Made by a program: the position numbers and the translations under genes. From NCBI GenBank assembly GCA_963722075.1, contig CAVRJM010000001.1, positions 992,001 through 1,056,000 on the forward strand: 64,000 nucleotides of DNA. The letters are read 5' to 3'. Positions 1 to 9,488 of this stretch are shown one piece after another. The first letter of the stretch is position 1, and the number at the start of each line of letters is the position of its first letter. The notes beneath the pieces are model-generated. The model did no database searches and was not told the origin of the DNA. It was given only the letters and a program-made list of their open reading frames with translations. Source of the DNA: Candidatus Babeliales bacterium (lineage in GTDB: Bacteria; Babelota; Babeliae; Babelales; JANWKD01).

Positions 1-632
1 TTATTGTTAAAAAATAGTTGCGCTAAATCTATAAAATCATTCCTATAGCGAGCGGGCAAATAAAGAACATCTGAAAAAAAGGTACATACATGATTGCGTC
101 CCCAATTATTTTCCAATGTTTTTTTATATTTTTTTGAAACATTTTTTAACGATTTATTCATCGCATTATAACCAAAACCACTTTGCCACCAGTACCAATT
201 TAATGCTTTGGATCCTTTAGATAGATCAATGGCAGTCCCATGATAATCATTATTTACAAAATACAAAAATTTCATTTCTGGTACCCAGATTTTGCTCGTA
301 TCAAGATTTTCGAACAACCATGCATGCGCAACACAATCATCCATTAAAAAAAAGTACCCATCAAAAGAAGGATATTTTTTCATCGCATCAGCAAGCGCTA
401 TGTACCCAAAATAGCCACGCGTATGATTCACTTGATGTACTTCAGGATGGTTGCTCGGTCCGTAAAAAACAATATTAGGGAAATAATTACCGTATATTTT
501 TTTTAAAAGGGGAATCGATTCATAATGTTGATGATTATAATTTATGATTAATAAAATATTTTTAAAATCAGCAGCAAATCCCTGAGAAATAAAAAAGAAT
601 AATAGAAATAACAAGAAATTATACCTATTCAT
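1..632 (-). CDS. STELLO/DUF288 C-terminal-like glycosyltransferase domain protein with signal peptide (runs off window start)
   Basis: Not in ORF track; hand translation from ATG at 632: MNRYNFLLFLLFFFISQGFAADFKNILLIINYNH...NIVFYGP...GYFGY...GYFFLMDD, resembling the C-terminal half of STELLO proteins. Confidence 0.65.
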   Translation of the reverse strand, partial: MNRYNFLLFLLFFFISQGFAADFKNILLIINYNHQHYESIPLLKKIYGNYFPNIVFYGPSNHPEVHQVNHTRGYFGYIALADAMKKYPSFDGYFFLMDDCVAHAWLFENLDTSKIWVPEMKFLYFVNNDYHGTAIDLSKGSKALNWYWWQSGFGYNAMNKSLKNVSKKYKKTLENNWGRNHVCTFFSDVLYLPARYRNDFIDLAQLFFNN

Positions 633-758
633 AGTATACCTTTCATTTTTATTAAGAATAATCTTAAAGATCATAACAACTTTGAGGATTATTTTTCAAT
701 AAAAAATTATTGGTATATTTATTTATTTTAATATTTACAATTATAAATATTAAAATTC

Positions 759-1832
759 TTAGTTTACTGTTGGCATTTGATAATTAAGGACCTTGAGATC
801 ATCCAGCCATGCATCCATGAGCGCACGCTCATTTGTTTTGAAAAAATCATGCACTATCATAAGATCAATTAGTTCTTTAATGCGATCATCAAACTGCTTT
901 TGTTCTGAACGCCAATCACATAAAAGCGCTAATAATTATTCAGTTTTCAAATATAAATCAAGTTCATCGATAAAATCATGCAATAGATTATGCAAATTTC
1001 TGTATTGAGCAACCGTCGGCTTTGAAAAACAGAGCGAAGCATTCAGGTCCCATAATAAGCGTTGTACCCAATAGCCACGCCAAATATCACATACCCTAAA
1101 CGATGTTGTTATTGGTAATACTAAACCCCAAAAAGCATGGTAATAAAAAATAGTATTCTGTGAATTAAAAGGGCTCATAGTATACGCAGCTAAACAAATT
1201 GGATCATGATCTTCGAATATGACTTCCTCTTGCCGCGTTAATCTAAAAATTGCATCCACATCAGGATCTATATTAGCCAAAGCTTGCTGGATGGGGATAT
1301 GCGCAGATTGCATGGCTACTGAATAATTGAAAGGTGCGGTGATTTTACTTAATGGGTAACCACGTGGCCACACGTTCGCTTGCCCAAAAAGTGCATACGG
1401 ATTAATAGCCGTTTCTACAGAAGAATATTGTAAAAGAGTAACGTGCTCAGGATAGCAATTTATATGCTCATCAATAAGCAAATTATCATCATCTGTTTCA
1501 TAAATTATTTTGGCACCATGCTCTATAGCATATAAATAGCCTATATTTTTTCTACAATAATGATTCCATGGTAACAATGGAATAATTTTATATGGAAGCT
1601 GTTCTTGAACTTCTACGCTCAGAAAATCGCAATTATCTAAATGCCAATTTGAGGGCGTCTTTTTATCGGCAACCACCACCAAGCGCCATTCTCTCAAACG
1701 TGCAAGCTTTTTTAATGTTGCAGTGGGATAATTGATAGTGGTTACTACAATCCACTTATCATGAGCTTGCACGCCTCCATAATAAAAAAAAATAACTACA
1801 ATAAGAAAATGCTCATTTGCCCAATACTTCAT
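759..1832 (-). pseudogene. STELLO-like (DUF288) glycosyltransferase N-terminal domain with in-frame TAA at 936-938
   Basis: KWIVVTTINYPT, VVVADKKTP, RKNIGYLYAI..GA..IYETDDDN motifs; the frame continues after the TAA as LLALLCDW...AWLDDLKVLNYQMPTVN* to 759. Confidence 0.75.
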
Positions 1833-2016
1833 CACTTCCTTTTTTTAACAATGTTTTATGAATTTATAAGTATCCCAACAGAAAATGTATTATGAACAAA
1901 TAATGTTATAACTATTACTTCCCTTTAGGATTTGAAAAAACAAAATAATTCACTAAAATGGTAGCAACCTTATCCCTATAATTTCAATAAATCCACGCAA
2001 GGAGATATTACACGGT

Positions 2017-3018
2017 ATGAAAGAAAAGATTTCTATTGTAATACCTGTTTATAATGAAGAAAATAATTTAATTCCTATGTATTCCATTATTAATGAGATT
2101 GTTCAAAAAGTTGCTGATTATTTTAGTTATGAACTGATTTTAGTTAACGACGGCAGCAAGGATAATTCTTGGTCTATTATTAAAAAATTAGCCGCTGCAG
2201 ATCCAGCAATTAAAGCAATTAATTTTAGTAGAAACTTTGGGCATCAAATTGCACTCACTGCTGGCTATGATATAGCAACCGGTGATGCTATTATCACTAT
2301 GGATGCAGATTTACAAGATCCACCTCATCTTATATTGGAGATGATTGAATCATGGAAAAAAGGAAATTTAATTGTATATGCACGGCGAGCCAACCGAAGC
2401 GATACTTTTTTAAAAAAATATACCGCACTCCTTTATTATAAATTTTTAGATTATATAGCTGACGTTAAAATACCACGTAACGTAGGTGATTTTCGCTTAA
2501 TTGATAAAAAGGTGTTACAAACGCTAAAAGAATGTCCAGAAAAATCACGCTACTTGCGCGGCATGGTTGCTTGGACTGGCTTTAAACATGATTTTATAGA
2601 TTTCAATAGATCAAATAGACATGCAGGAACTACTGGATATACATGGAATAAAATGTTTAAGCTTGCATTTGATGGGCTTACGGCATTTTCATTATTTCCA
2701 CTTAAAATTGCAGCCTTTGTTGGATTATTTGTTATGGTAACAGGAAGCCTTATGTTTAGTTATATCACCATTGATGCACTTATTTTTGGCATCGATTACC
2801 CACTTTTCAAATGGCTCGTTACTATAATTTATATTTTTATGGGCTTACAATTTATTCTTTTATGGTTAGTAGGTGAATATATTGGTAGAATTCATGAGCA
2901 ACAAAAAAATAGACCTTTATATTTAGTTGATGAATTAGTAAATTTTGAAAAAGCAATTTCGATATCAGATTCCATCATTGCTGCAAATGACCCCAAAGTA
3001 AAAGATCTTCATTATTGA
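2017..3018 (+). CDS. GT2 GtrB/ArnC-like polyprenol-phosphate glycosyltransferase
   Basis: SIVIPVYNEE, VNDGSKD, SRNFGHQ, MDADLQDPP; two C-terminal TM helices. Confidence 0.93.
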   Translation: MKEKISIVIPVYNEENNLIPMYSIINEIVQKVADYFSYELILVNDGSKDNSWSIIKKLAAADPAIKAINFSRNFGHQIALTAGYDIATGDAIITMDADLQDPPHLILEMIESWKKGNLIVYARRANRSDTFLKKYTALLYYKFLDYIADVKIPRNVGDFRLIDKKVLQTLKECPEKSRYLRGMVAWTGFKHDFIDFNRSNRHAGTTGYTWNKMFKLAFDGLTAFSLFPLKIAAFVGLFVMVTGSLMFSYITIDALIFGIDYPLFKWLVTIIYIFMGLQFILLWLVGEYIGRIHEQQKNRPLYLVDELVNFEKAISISDSIIAANDPKVKDLHY

Positions 3019-3106
3019 TTACGAGTTGAGTTTTTTATTGATTTTTTTAGAGTAATTAAAAATATTATTTCAAAAGAAAGAATTATACAATTCAAAGGAA
3101 ATTATA

Positions 3107-3796
3107 ATGAAAGCAGAATTCGATTCATATATAAAAGATTACCGCAAAGATCTTGATAATCACCTTGCATTATCGGGAGAAAATAGTAGTTTTTTTGCTG
3201 AGTATAAAGCATTAAAACTCAAGGAATGGCTGGGTAAGCAAGCGTTAACTGCACAAAAAATATTAGATTTTGGTTGCGGTGACGGGCTAATGACTAACTT
3301 TGTGAGCGTTCACCTTCCCAACGCTCAACTCTATGGCGTTGATCCTTCCCCAGATAGCATTAAAGCTGCGCAAAAAAATTATCCCCATTTACGCCTAAGT
3401 GTCAGCTATGATGAACGGTATGATTTAGATTTTCCCACCGCTTATTTTGATATTATATTTGCTGCAGGAGCGTTTCATCATATTCAATTTAAGCATCATA
3501 ACGGCTTTTATAAAGAACTATTTAGAATCTTAAAACCTAATGGCGTATTAGTTACTTTTGAGCTTAACCCACTTAATCCTCTTACTTATAGAACCTTTAA
3601 AAAAAATCCTATTGATCAACATGCCACCATGCTCAAACCATGGTATGCATATCAATTAGGTAAAGAATGGGCTCGTAAACGTTCATTAAAATTTTACTGT
3701 TTTTACCCTCATGCACTTCGATGGTTGCGTTTTTCAGAAAAATATTTAACCAAAATACCAGCAGGTGCATTATATGCTACTATTTTCACCAAATAA
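3107..3796 (+). CDS. Class I SAM-dependent methyltransferase
   Basis: ILDFGCGDG motif I; FDIIF...FHH; RILKPNG. Confidence 0.9.
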   Translation: MKAEFDSYIKDYRKDLDNHLALSGENSSFFAEYKALKLKEWLGKQALTAQKILDFGCGDGLMTNFVSVHLPNAQLYGVDPSPDSIKAAQKNYPHLRLSVSYDERYDLDFPTAYFDIIFAAGAFHHIQFKHHNGFYKELFRILKPNGVLVTFELNPLNPLTYRTFKKNPIDQHATMLKPWYAYQLGKEWARKRSLKFYCFYPHALRWLRFSEKYLTKIPAGALYATIFTK

Positions 3797-3829
3797 AGAT
3801 CGTTATTTTGCACATAAAGGGAGCAATTA

Positions 3830-5014
3830 ATGAATATCATGCTGTGCCGGCTTAATAATCTTCAACATGCGCTTGCAGGCCTTATTAAAACAGGCGTTCC
3901 GCTTATTTTTTATGATGGTCAAAAACTAGTTCCTTTTGATGCAAGTGATGATATAGGCATATATTATTTCATTCCCCGGCTTGCTTGCTTTTTTAATATA
4001 TCCCTTGAACAGAGTATCGCGTTTTTCTTTAATACCATGCTAGCGTGTTCATTTATAGCAGCCTTTGTGGGATTTTGGTGTTTATATCGTACTCTTTTTT
4101 CAAGAATTTTCATCACCGCTGAGCTATCGCTCCTTCTTTTTTTTATTATTCGGACTAAAACTTATGATGTATACCTAACCTATATCATGGCAAATTTATG
4201 TTTGATCCCATTATTTTTATATCTGTTTTTTAAAAAAAATAATTCAGCTATATTTGATATCTTTTTAATAATCGGCGGTGTAATAATAGGATCTTTACAT
4301 TATATAAGAGCTTTTTCAGCCCTGGGTGCCGGTGCATTTATCGTCTGTATGATCATATTAAATCACCAATTTTCTGGCAAAAAAAAGTCATTTTTATTAA
4401 GTTGCTTACTAGGTGGATTACTTCTTTCAGTTTGTTATTTTCAAAACATTATATATTCATATCAAAGCGCTGCTAAAAAAATATTTACCAACTACTCGGA
4501 CTTTCCTATACACCATCCTTTTTGGCATTCTATTTATATAGGCTTTGGTTTTTTAAAATTTTTAAATGACGATAATATTGAATATGCTGATCAATGTGGC
4601 ACTAATAAAGTGCAACAGCCTATAACTGCACATAATTTCAATGAATATGAAAATTATTTAAAAAATGAAGTCGCTCTTCTATGGAAAAAGAAGAAGGTAT
4701 TTTTTTTATTTACTATTTTTGCAAAAATAGGCGTCTTAATTTTGTTTTTCCTTTTTTTTACAAATATAGGCATAATTCATCTATTTTTTACCAAATCATG
4801 GGCCATTGAATGTTCTTTTATAGCATCATTTATATGCAATAGCTTACCTTGTCTTTTAGCAGTACCTTGTTTTGCTTATGGCGTTGGATTCATTACCCTG
4901 AGCACGATATATTGTATTGTGAGTATTTGCACTATATCAAGGCAAGAGCTCGTAGGAAAATTATTTACGTTAAAAAAAATAATGGGTCGAAACATTTTCT
5001 TTAACAATGCATAA
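3830..5014 (+). CDS. Multi-pass membrane protein, possible GT-C-type transferase; paralog of 5932..7158
   Basis: Many TM helices; shares DDxG, HYIR, HPFWH..Y.G.G and DDNIE motifs with 5932..7158. Confidence 0.6.
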   Translation: MNIMLCRLNNLQHALAGLIKTGVPLIFYDGQKLVPFDASDDIGIYYFIPRLACFFNISLEQSIAFFFNTMLACSFIAAFVGFWCLYRTLFSRIFITAELSLLLFFIIRTKTYDVYLTYIMANLCLIPLFLYLFFKKNNSAIFDIFLIIGGVIIGSLHYIRAFSALGAGAFIVCMIILNHQFSGKKKSFLLSCLLGGLLLSVCYFQNIIYSYQSAAKKIFTNYSDFPIHHPFWHSIYIGFGFLKFLNDDNIEYADQCGTNKVQQPITAHNFNEYENYLKNEVALLWKKKKVFFLFTIFAKIGVLILFFLFFTNIGIIHLFFTKSWAIECSFIASFICNSLPCLLAVPCFAYGVGFITLSTIYCIVSICTISRQELVGKLFTLKKIMGRNIFFNNA

Positions 5015-5942
5015 AAAATTAATTTCAATCATATTACCTGTTTATAATGAGCAGCATAATATTCCATTGGTATATAAAGAAATTATCAAGCATGTAAAAG
5101 ATACCACTTATAACTTTGAAATTATTTTTATTAATGATGGTAGTAAGGATAAGTCATGGGAAACCATTAAACAACGTGCCTCATCTGATTCTCAAGTAAA
5201 GGGGGTTAATTTTATAAGAAATTTTGGTCATCAAGCTGCTTTAATGGCTGGGTATCATTATGCTTCTGGAGAGGCTATTATTTCAATGGATACCGATCTA
5301 CAACATCCTCCTGAAATGATTCCTTCCATGATTATTGCTTGGCAGCAAGGTTTTGACATTGTATATATTCAGAATGTAAAACGTAATGATAATTTTTTGA
5401 AAAAAATCACAGCTGCGTGTTATTACAAATTCCTTGAAAAATCAGCCCATATAAAAACACCACGCAATGTAGCCGATTTTAGATTGATTGATAAAAAAGT
5501 GAGAGATATTGTTATTACCTTACCCGAGAAAGCATTATACCTGCGCGGTCTAATAGCATGGGTAGGTTTCTCATATACTATTATTCCTTGTATATTTGCT
5601 AAACGGCATGCTGGTCAACCAGGATATACTTGGCATAAAATGATCAAACTCGCCCTGGATGGTATTTTTGGATTTTGCACTTCTCCTTTTAAAATGTTGT
5701 ACTTTATTTCTTTATTTATTATAAATAGCGGGTTAACGTGTCTCATATATCATATAGTATATCCATACCCTATGATGCACTATTCCTCTTTAACAGTAAT
5801 TATAACCGTAACGTATATGCTATTGGGGATACAGTTTTTTCTCATTGGGCTATTATATCATCACTTAAGTATTTTTTATCAAGCAATAAAAAAACGTCCT
5901 ACCTATATTATTACTGATTTACACAGCCATTTTAAGAATTAA
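5007..5942 (+). CDS. Second GT2 GtrB-like glycosyltransferase
   Basis: SIILPVYNEQ, INDGSKD, RNFGHQ, MDTDLQHPP. Confidence 0.9.
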   Translation: MHKKLISIILPVYNEQHNIPLVYKEIIKHVKDTTYNFEIIFINDGSKDKSWETIKQRASSDSQVKGVNFIRNFGHQAALMAGYHYASGEAIISMDTDLQHPPEMIPSMIIAWQQGFDIVYIQNVKRNDNFLKKITAACYYKFLEKSAHIKTPRNVADFRLIDKKVRDIVITLPEKALYLRGLIAWVGFSYTIIPCIFAKRHAGQPGYTWHKMIKLALDGIFGFCTSPFKMLYFISLFIINSGLTCLIYHIVYPYPMMHYSSLTVIITVTYMLLGIQFFLIGLLYHHLSIFYQAIKKRPTYIITDLHSHFKN

Positions 5943-7158
5943 GAAATTGAAGATTACGCACTCTTTTTTTAAATGCACGCTTACTATAGTTAATTAAGAA
6001 GGCTTGATTCATTTCCAAATAATGACTAAGGCTTATTATGCCATATAGTATACATAAGGTTATAAATGATAATGTATAATTACTAAATGGTAATGCGATA
6101 AATGGAAAAACAATACTCGTCAAAATAGCCATTATAAATGATAATTCAAGAGTAAATGATTTAGGACAATAATACGCAGCAAGCAACCCAATGTTGGCAA
6201 AAAATAATAGATAAAAAAGTAAAATGCCTATTTTTGCAAATAGTGTTGCTGCAATAAAAAATGGTTTAGTTTTAATTAAATGAATAACTTCATCCTTAAC
6301 TATTTTTTCATACTCATCCATTTGAAATAAGGAAATACTCGGATCCTTTTTTTCAACCATGCGAAACACACAACCATCATCAAATTCGATATTATCGTCA
6401 TTTTTCCATCGTAATAAACCCAATCCAGCATATACCGTATGCCAGAATGGATGCTTTGTTGGGAAACAAGCAAGATCACTAAAATGGGTTCGCGCATATT
6501 CGTCGTATTTACGCATTTGATTATTAAAGTAATACCATGGTACTAAAGATGAACATAGTAACGCCCCTAAAAGAATGGCTTTTTGCTTCATTAACAACCG
6601 CGTTGATAAAAATATAGCCATCATTATAAAAACCCAAACTGCTAATCCTGAATGAGAACGAATATAATGAAAAGAGCTCAAAGTAAATCCTGATAACAAA
6701 AGAACGCCAAGGAGTTTATTAAATGCCTCACTTCTTTCAAGATAATATAAAAATGGCGGGATGATACCAATAACCATTGCAAAATAAGCAATATACACAT
6801 CTACCGCGGCTACTTTAGTTACAAAAAGGAGAAAAAACATACCCATCGTTGTTGCAACACGTGCACTCAAAGAACGATACATTAATAATAAATAAAAAAA
6901 ACCTATGACAAATGCCATATATTTTATGCCATAGAAAAAAACATCAATACCTTGTTGCACTGAAAGATTACACCAATTGATTAATTTGGGTATCAAAATA
7001 AAAATACCAACATCATCAAAAGAGCCGGTCCAACGTTGAGTATTCCCGGTAAAGGGAATAAATGAAGCACCATCAAAACCTATTAAGGGTACATTAATTT
7101 TACCAAATGCCTGCACTATATAATCGATCATTATATACCGTGAAATGAGAATATTCAT
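5932..7158 (-). CDS. Multi-pass membrane protein, paralog of 3830..5014
   Basis: Shared DDVGIF, HYIR, HPFWHTVYAGLG, DDNIEF and FAKIG motifs. Confidence 0.6.
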   Translation of the reverse strand: MNILISRYIMIDYIVQAFGKINVPLIGFDGASFIPFTGNTQRWTGSFDDVGIFILIPKLINWCNLSVQQGIDVFFYGIKYMAFVIGFFYLLLMYRSLSARVATTMGMFFLLFVTKVAAVDVYIAYFAMVIGIIPPFLYYLERSEAFNKLLGVLLLSGFTLSSFHYIRSHSGLAVWVFIMMAIFLSTRLLMKQKAILLGALLCSSLVPWYYFNNQMRKYDEYARTHFSDLACFPTKHPFWHTVYAGLGLLRWKNDDNIEFDDGCVFRMVEKKDPSISLFQMDEYEKIVKDEVIHLIKTKPFFIAATLFAKIGILLFYLLFFANIGLLAAYYCPKSFTLELSFIMAILTSIVFPFIALPFSNYTLSFITLCILYGIISLSHYLEMNQAFLINYSKRAFKKRVRNLQFLNS

Positions 7159-7173
7159 ACCATTCCTTTTTGA

Positions 7174-7878
7174 TTATATTTTATACAGCTCATTGAAATT
7201 TAAATTAAATAATGACTTAATACTATACAAAAACCGTAGATAACCATTATGTTCTTTCTTGGGCTTTGGTTTACTATTCATCGTTTGAACTTTTTCTTTT
7301 AAACGATCGAATTTTTCTTTATACGATCTAACAATAGTAACACGATCCGTTACCACCATATTTTCTTCATTACGCGTTAAACCCCCTTGTGTGGTGTTTG
7401 CTGAACCAAACATCACCAGCGCTTTATTATATAAGTTCATACTAAAATGCCACACTTTATTATGCATTATAGAAAATGATTTTCTATAAACATACACTTT
7501 AATGCCGTGCTTTTTTAACTGAGTAATTTTCTCATATTTGCTTTCTAAACAACTTTTATCAGTTATAATTTCTATACTAACACCGCGTCGGCGCGCGCTA
7601 ACTAATGCATCAACAATATCTGGATCTGTCAATTGATAAACCGCCGCTCTAATTGCTCTTTTTTCGTGATGAATTAACCCAATGAGCACTTGTTTGAGTG
7701 GATCATCAGGTACAAAAAATACTCCTTCTATTTTATTAAGCGGTTTTATTAACTGGGCTTTTGCATAATTCATACATTCAACGATATCGTAATTAACTTG
7801 CGTAGAGGTTAAAAAGAAATAACCAAAAATTAATAAAAAAGAAAGGGCTGTAGTAATAAAGGTTGAGTTATCAGTCAT
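7174..7878 (-). CDS. Phospholipase D-superfamily protein (single HxK motif, Nuc/Zucchini-like) with N-terminal anchor
   Basis: AVYQLTD...RRGV.IEIITD; MHNK...GSANTT..G...NEEN. Confidence 0.8.
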   Translation of the reverse strand: MTDNSTFITTALSFLLIFGYFFLTSTQVNYDIVECMNYAKAQLIKPLNKIEGVFFVPDDPLKQVLIGLIHHEKRAIRAAVYQLTDPDIVDALVSARRRGVSIEIITDKSCLESKYEKITQLKKHGIKVYVYRKSFSIMHNKVWHFSMNLYNKALVMFGSANTTQGGLTRNEENMVVTDRVTIVRSYKEKFDRLKEKVQTMNSKPKPKKEHNGYLRFLYSIKSLFNLNFNELYKI

Positions 7879-9041
7879 TTATTCGCCCAATGCTCCGTAA
7901 TGGCATAACTTACTGGATGATTTAAACCGTTGTAAGCCCGTTCCAGCTTTTTACAATCTTCTTCAACCATTAACCTAACCAGTTCATTAAATGTTGTTTG
8001 TGGGCGCCAGTGCAATCCATGCCATGCTTTTTGGGCATCTCCTAAAAGATAATCAACTTCTGTAGGCCTAAAATAAAGTGGATCAATAAGCACTAATGGT
8101 TTTTTCGTTTGCGCATCAACTCCTTGCTCATGAATACCTTCACCCTGCCATTCAATAGTAATACCAATATGAGCAAATGCTTGTTCAACAAATTCACGCA
8201 CCGAATGGGCCTGACCGGTAGCAATAACATAATCATCCGGAACCTCTTGTTGCAACATTAACCACATAGCTTCTACATATTCTTTTGCGTATCCCCAATC
8301 GCGTTTGGCGTCCAAATTGCCTAGATACAATTTTTCTTGCAACCCATATTTTATATGAGCTACCGCTCGCGTAATTTTACGCGTTACGAATGTTTCCCCA
8401 CGGATTGGTGATTCATGATTAAACAAAATACCATTGCAGGCAAATATACCGTACGCTTCTCTATAATTTACGGTAATCCAATAGGCATATAATTTTGCAA
8501 TAGCATACGGAGAACATGGATGAAACGGTGTTAATTCATTTTGCGGTGGAAGAGAACTGCCATACATTTCACTGGTGGAAGCTTGATAAAATTTAACCTT
8601 CTTGGTTAATCCCAATAATCTAATTGCTTCAAGAATGCGTAACGTCCCAATGGCATCAGCATTTGCCGTATATTCGGGCGTTTCAAATGATACTGCCACA
8701 TGACTTTGCGCCGCTAAATTATAAATCTCATCAGGCTGTGCCTCCTGAATGATACGAATAACATTAGTGCTATCGGTTAAATCTCCATAATGTAAAATAA
8801 AATTTCGCTTATCGAAATCATGCATATCTTGATATAAATGATCAATGCGCGCTGTATTAAGTGACGATGATCTTCTTTTTATGCCATGTACTATATACCC
8901 TTTTTTGAGTAAAAATTCTGCTAAATAGGCACCGTCTTGACCAGTTATACCAGTAATTAAAGCAACTTTTGGATTTTCGACTTCTGACCAGATTGGATTA
9001 TAGAGAAATAATGCATATGTTAACCATAGAATTTTTTTCAT
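7875..9041 (-). CDS. gmd: GDP-mannose 4,6-dehydratase with N-terminal hydrophobic extension
   Basis: [41 protein letters not shown]. Confidence 0.96.
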   Translation of the reverse strand: MKKILWLTYALFLYNPIWSEVENPKVALITGITGQDGAYLAEFLLKKGYIVHGIKRRSSSLNTARIDHLYQDMHDFDKRNFILHYGDLTDSTNVIRIIQEAQPDEIYNLAAQSHVAVSFETPEYTANADAIGTLRILEAIRLLGLTKKVKFYQASTSEMYGSSLPPQNELTPFHPCSPYAIAKLYAYWITVNYREAYGIFACNGILFNHESPIRGETFVTRKITRAVAHIKYGLQEKLYLGNLDAKRDWGYAKEYVEAMWLMLQQEVPDDYVIATGQAHSVREFVEQAFAHIGITIEWQGEGIHEQGVDAQTKKPLVLIDPLYFRPTEVDYLLGDAQKAWHGLHWRPQTTFNELVRLMVEEDCKKLERAYNGLNHPVSYAITEHWANK

Positions 9042-9079
9042 TTCAACTTCCTTCTTTTAAACTTAATATCAAATGAATA

Positions 9080-9425
9080 TAAGAAGTTTTTTCAATTGAT
9101 GTAAATTTGAAAATGGCGTCGTTGCGAGTTTACGAAGCAATCCAGGCTAATTATATATCTTTATTTTTTAGCTATGTACAAAATCATTTCTTGGCCAATT
9201 TTCTTGGTTTGCATTTTGTTTTGTGTTTTTATTTTAAAATGACACTAATTTAATTAATCTTGTATTGTAATTTTAATTTATTCTTTCACTATTTATAGCA
9301 TTATATATTATTTATTTTAATCTGGATTGCTTCGACAAGCCATGTCCGCCCGAAGCCCTATCGGGCGAAGGCGGATCGCAACGACGTCTTTTTCTAAATC
9401 TTATACCATTTAACTATGAGCATGA
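9080..9425. repeat. Composite palindromic element: inverted REP-like arms 9117-9146 and 9322-9386 around an AT-rich core
   Basis: cgtcgttgcgag..gaagcaatccag ... ctggattgcttcg..tcgcaacgacg; outer flanks similar to the 16.1-kb and 55.7-kb copies. Confidence 0.85.
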
Positions 9426-9488
9426 TTTTATAATGCTTTTAAAAAAATTCAACAGTCCAAGAAAATAATCCCATTTTTGAGAAGAATG

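Noticed and set aside
936..938. Stop-codon reassignment suggested by the in-frame TAA
   Set aside because: Conserved genes (secA, groEL, ftsA) end in TAA; a single mutation or error is simpler
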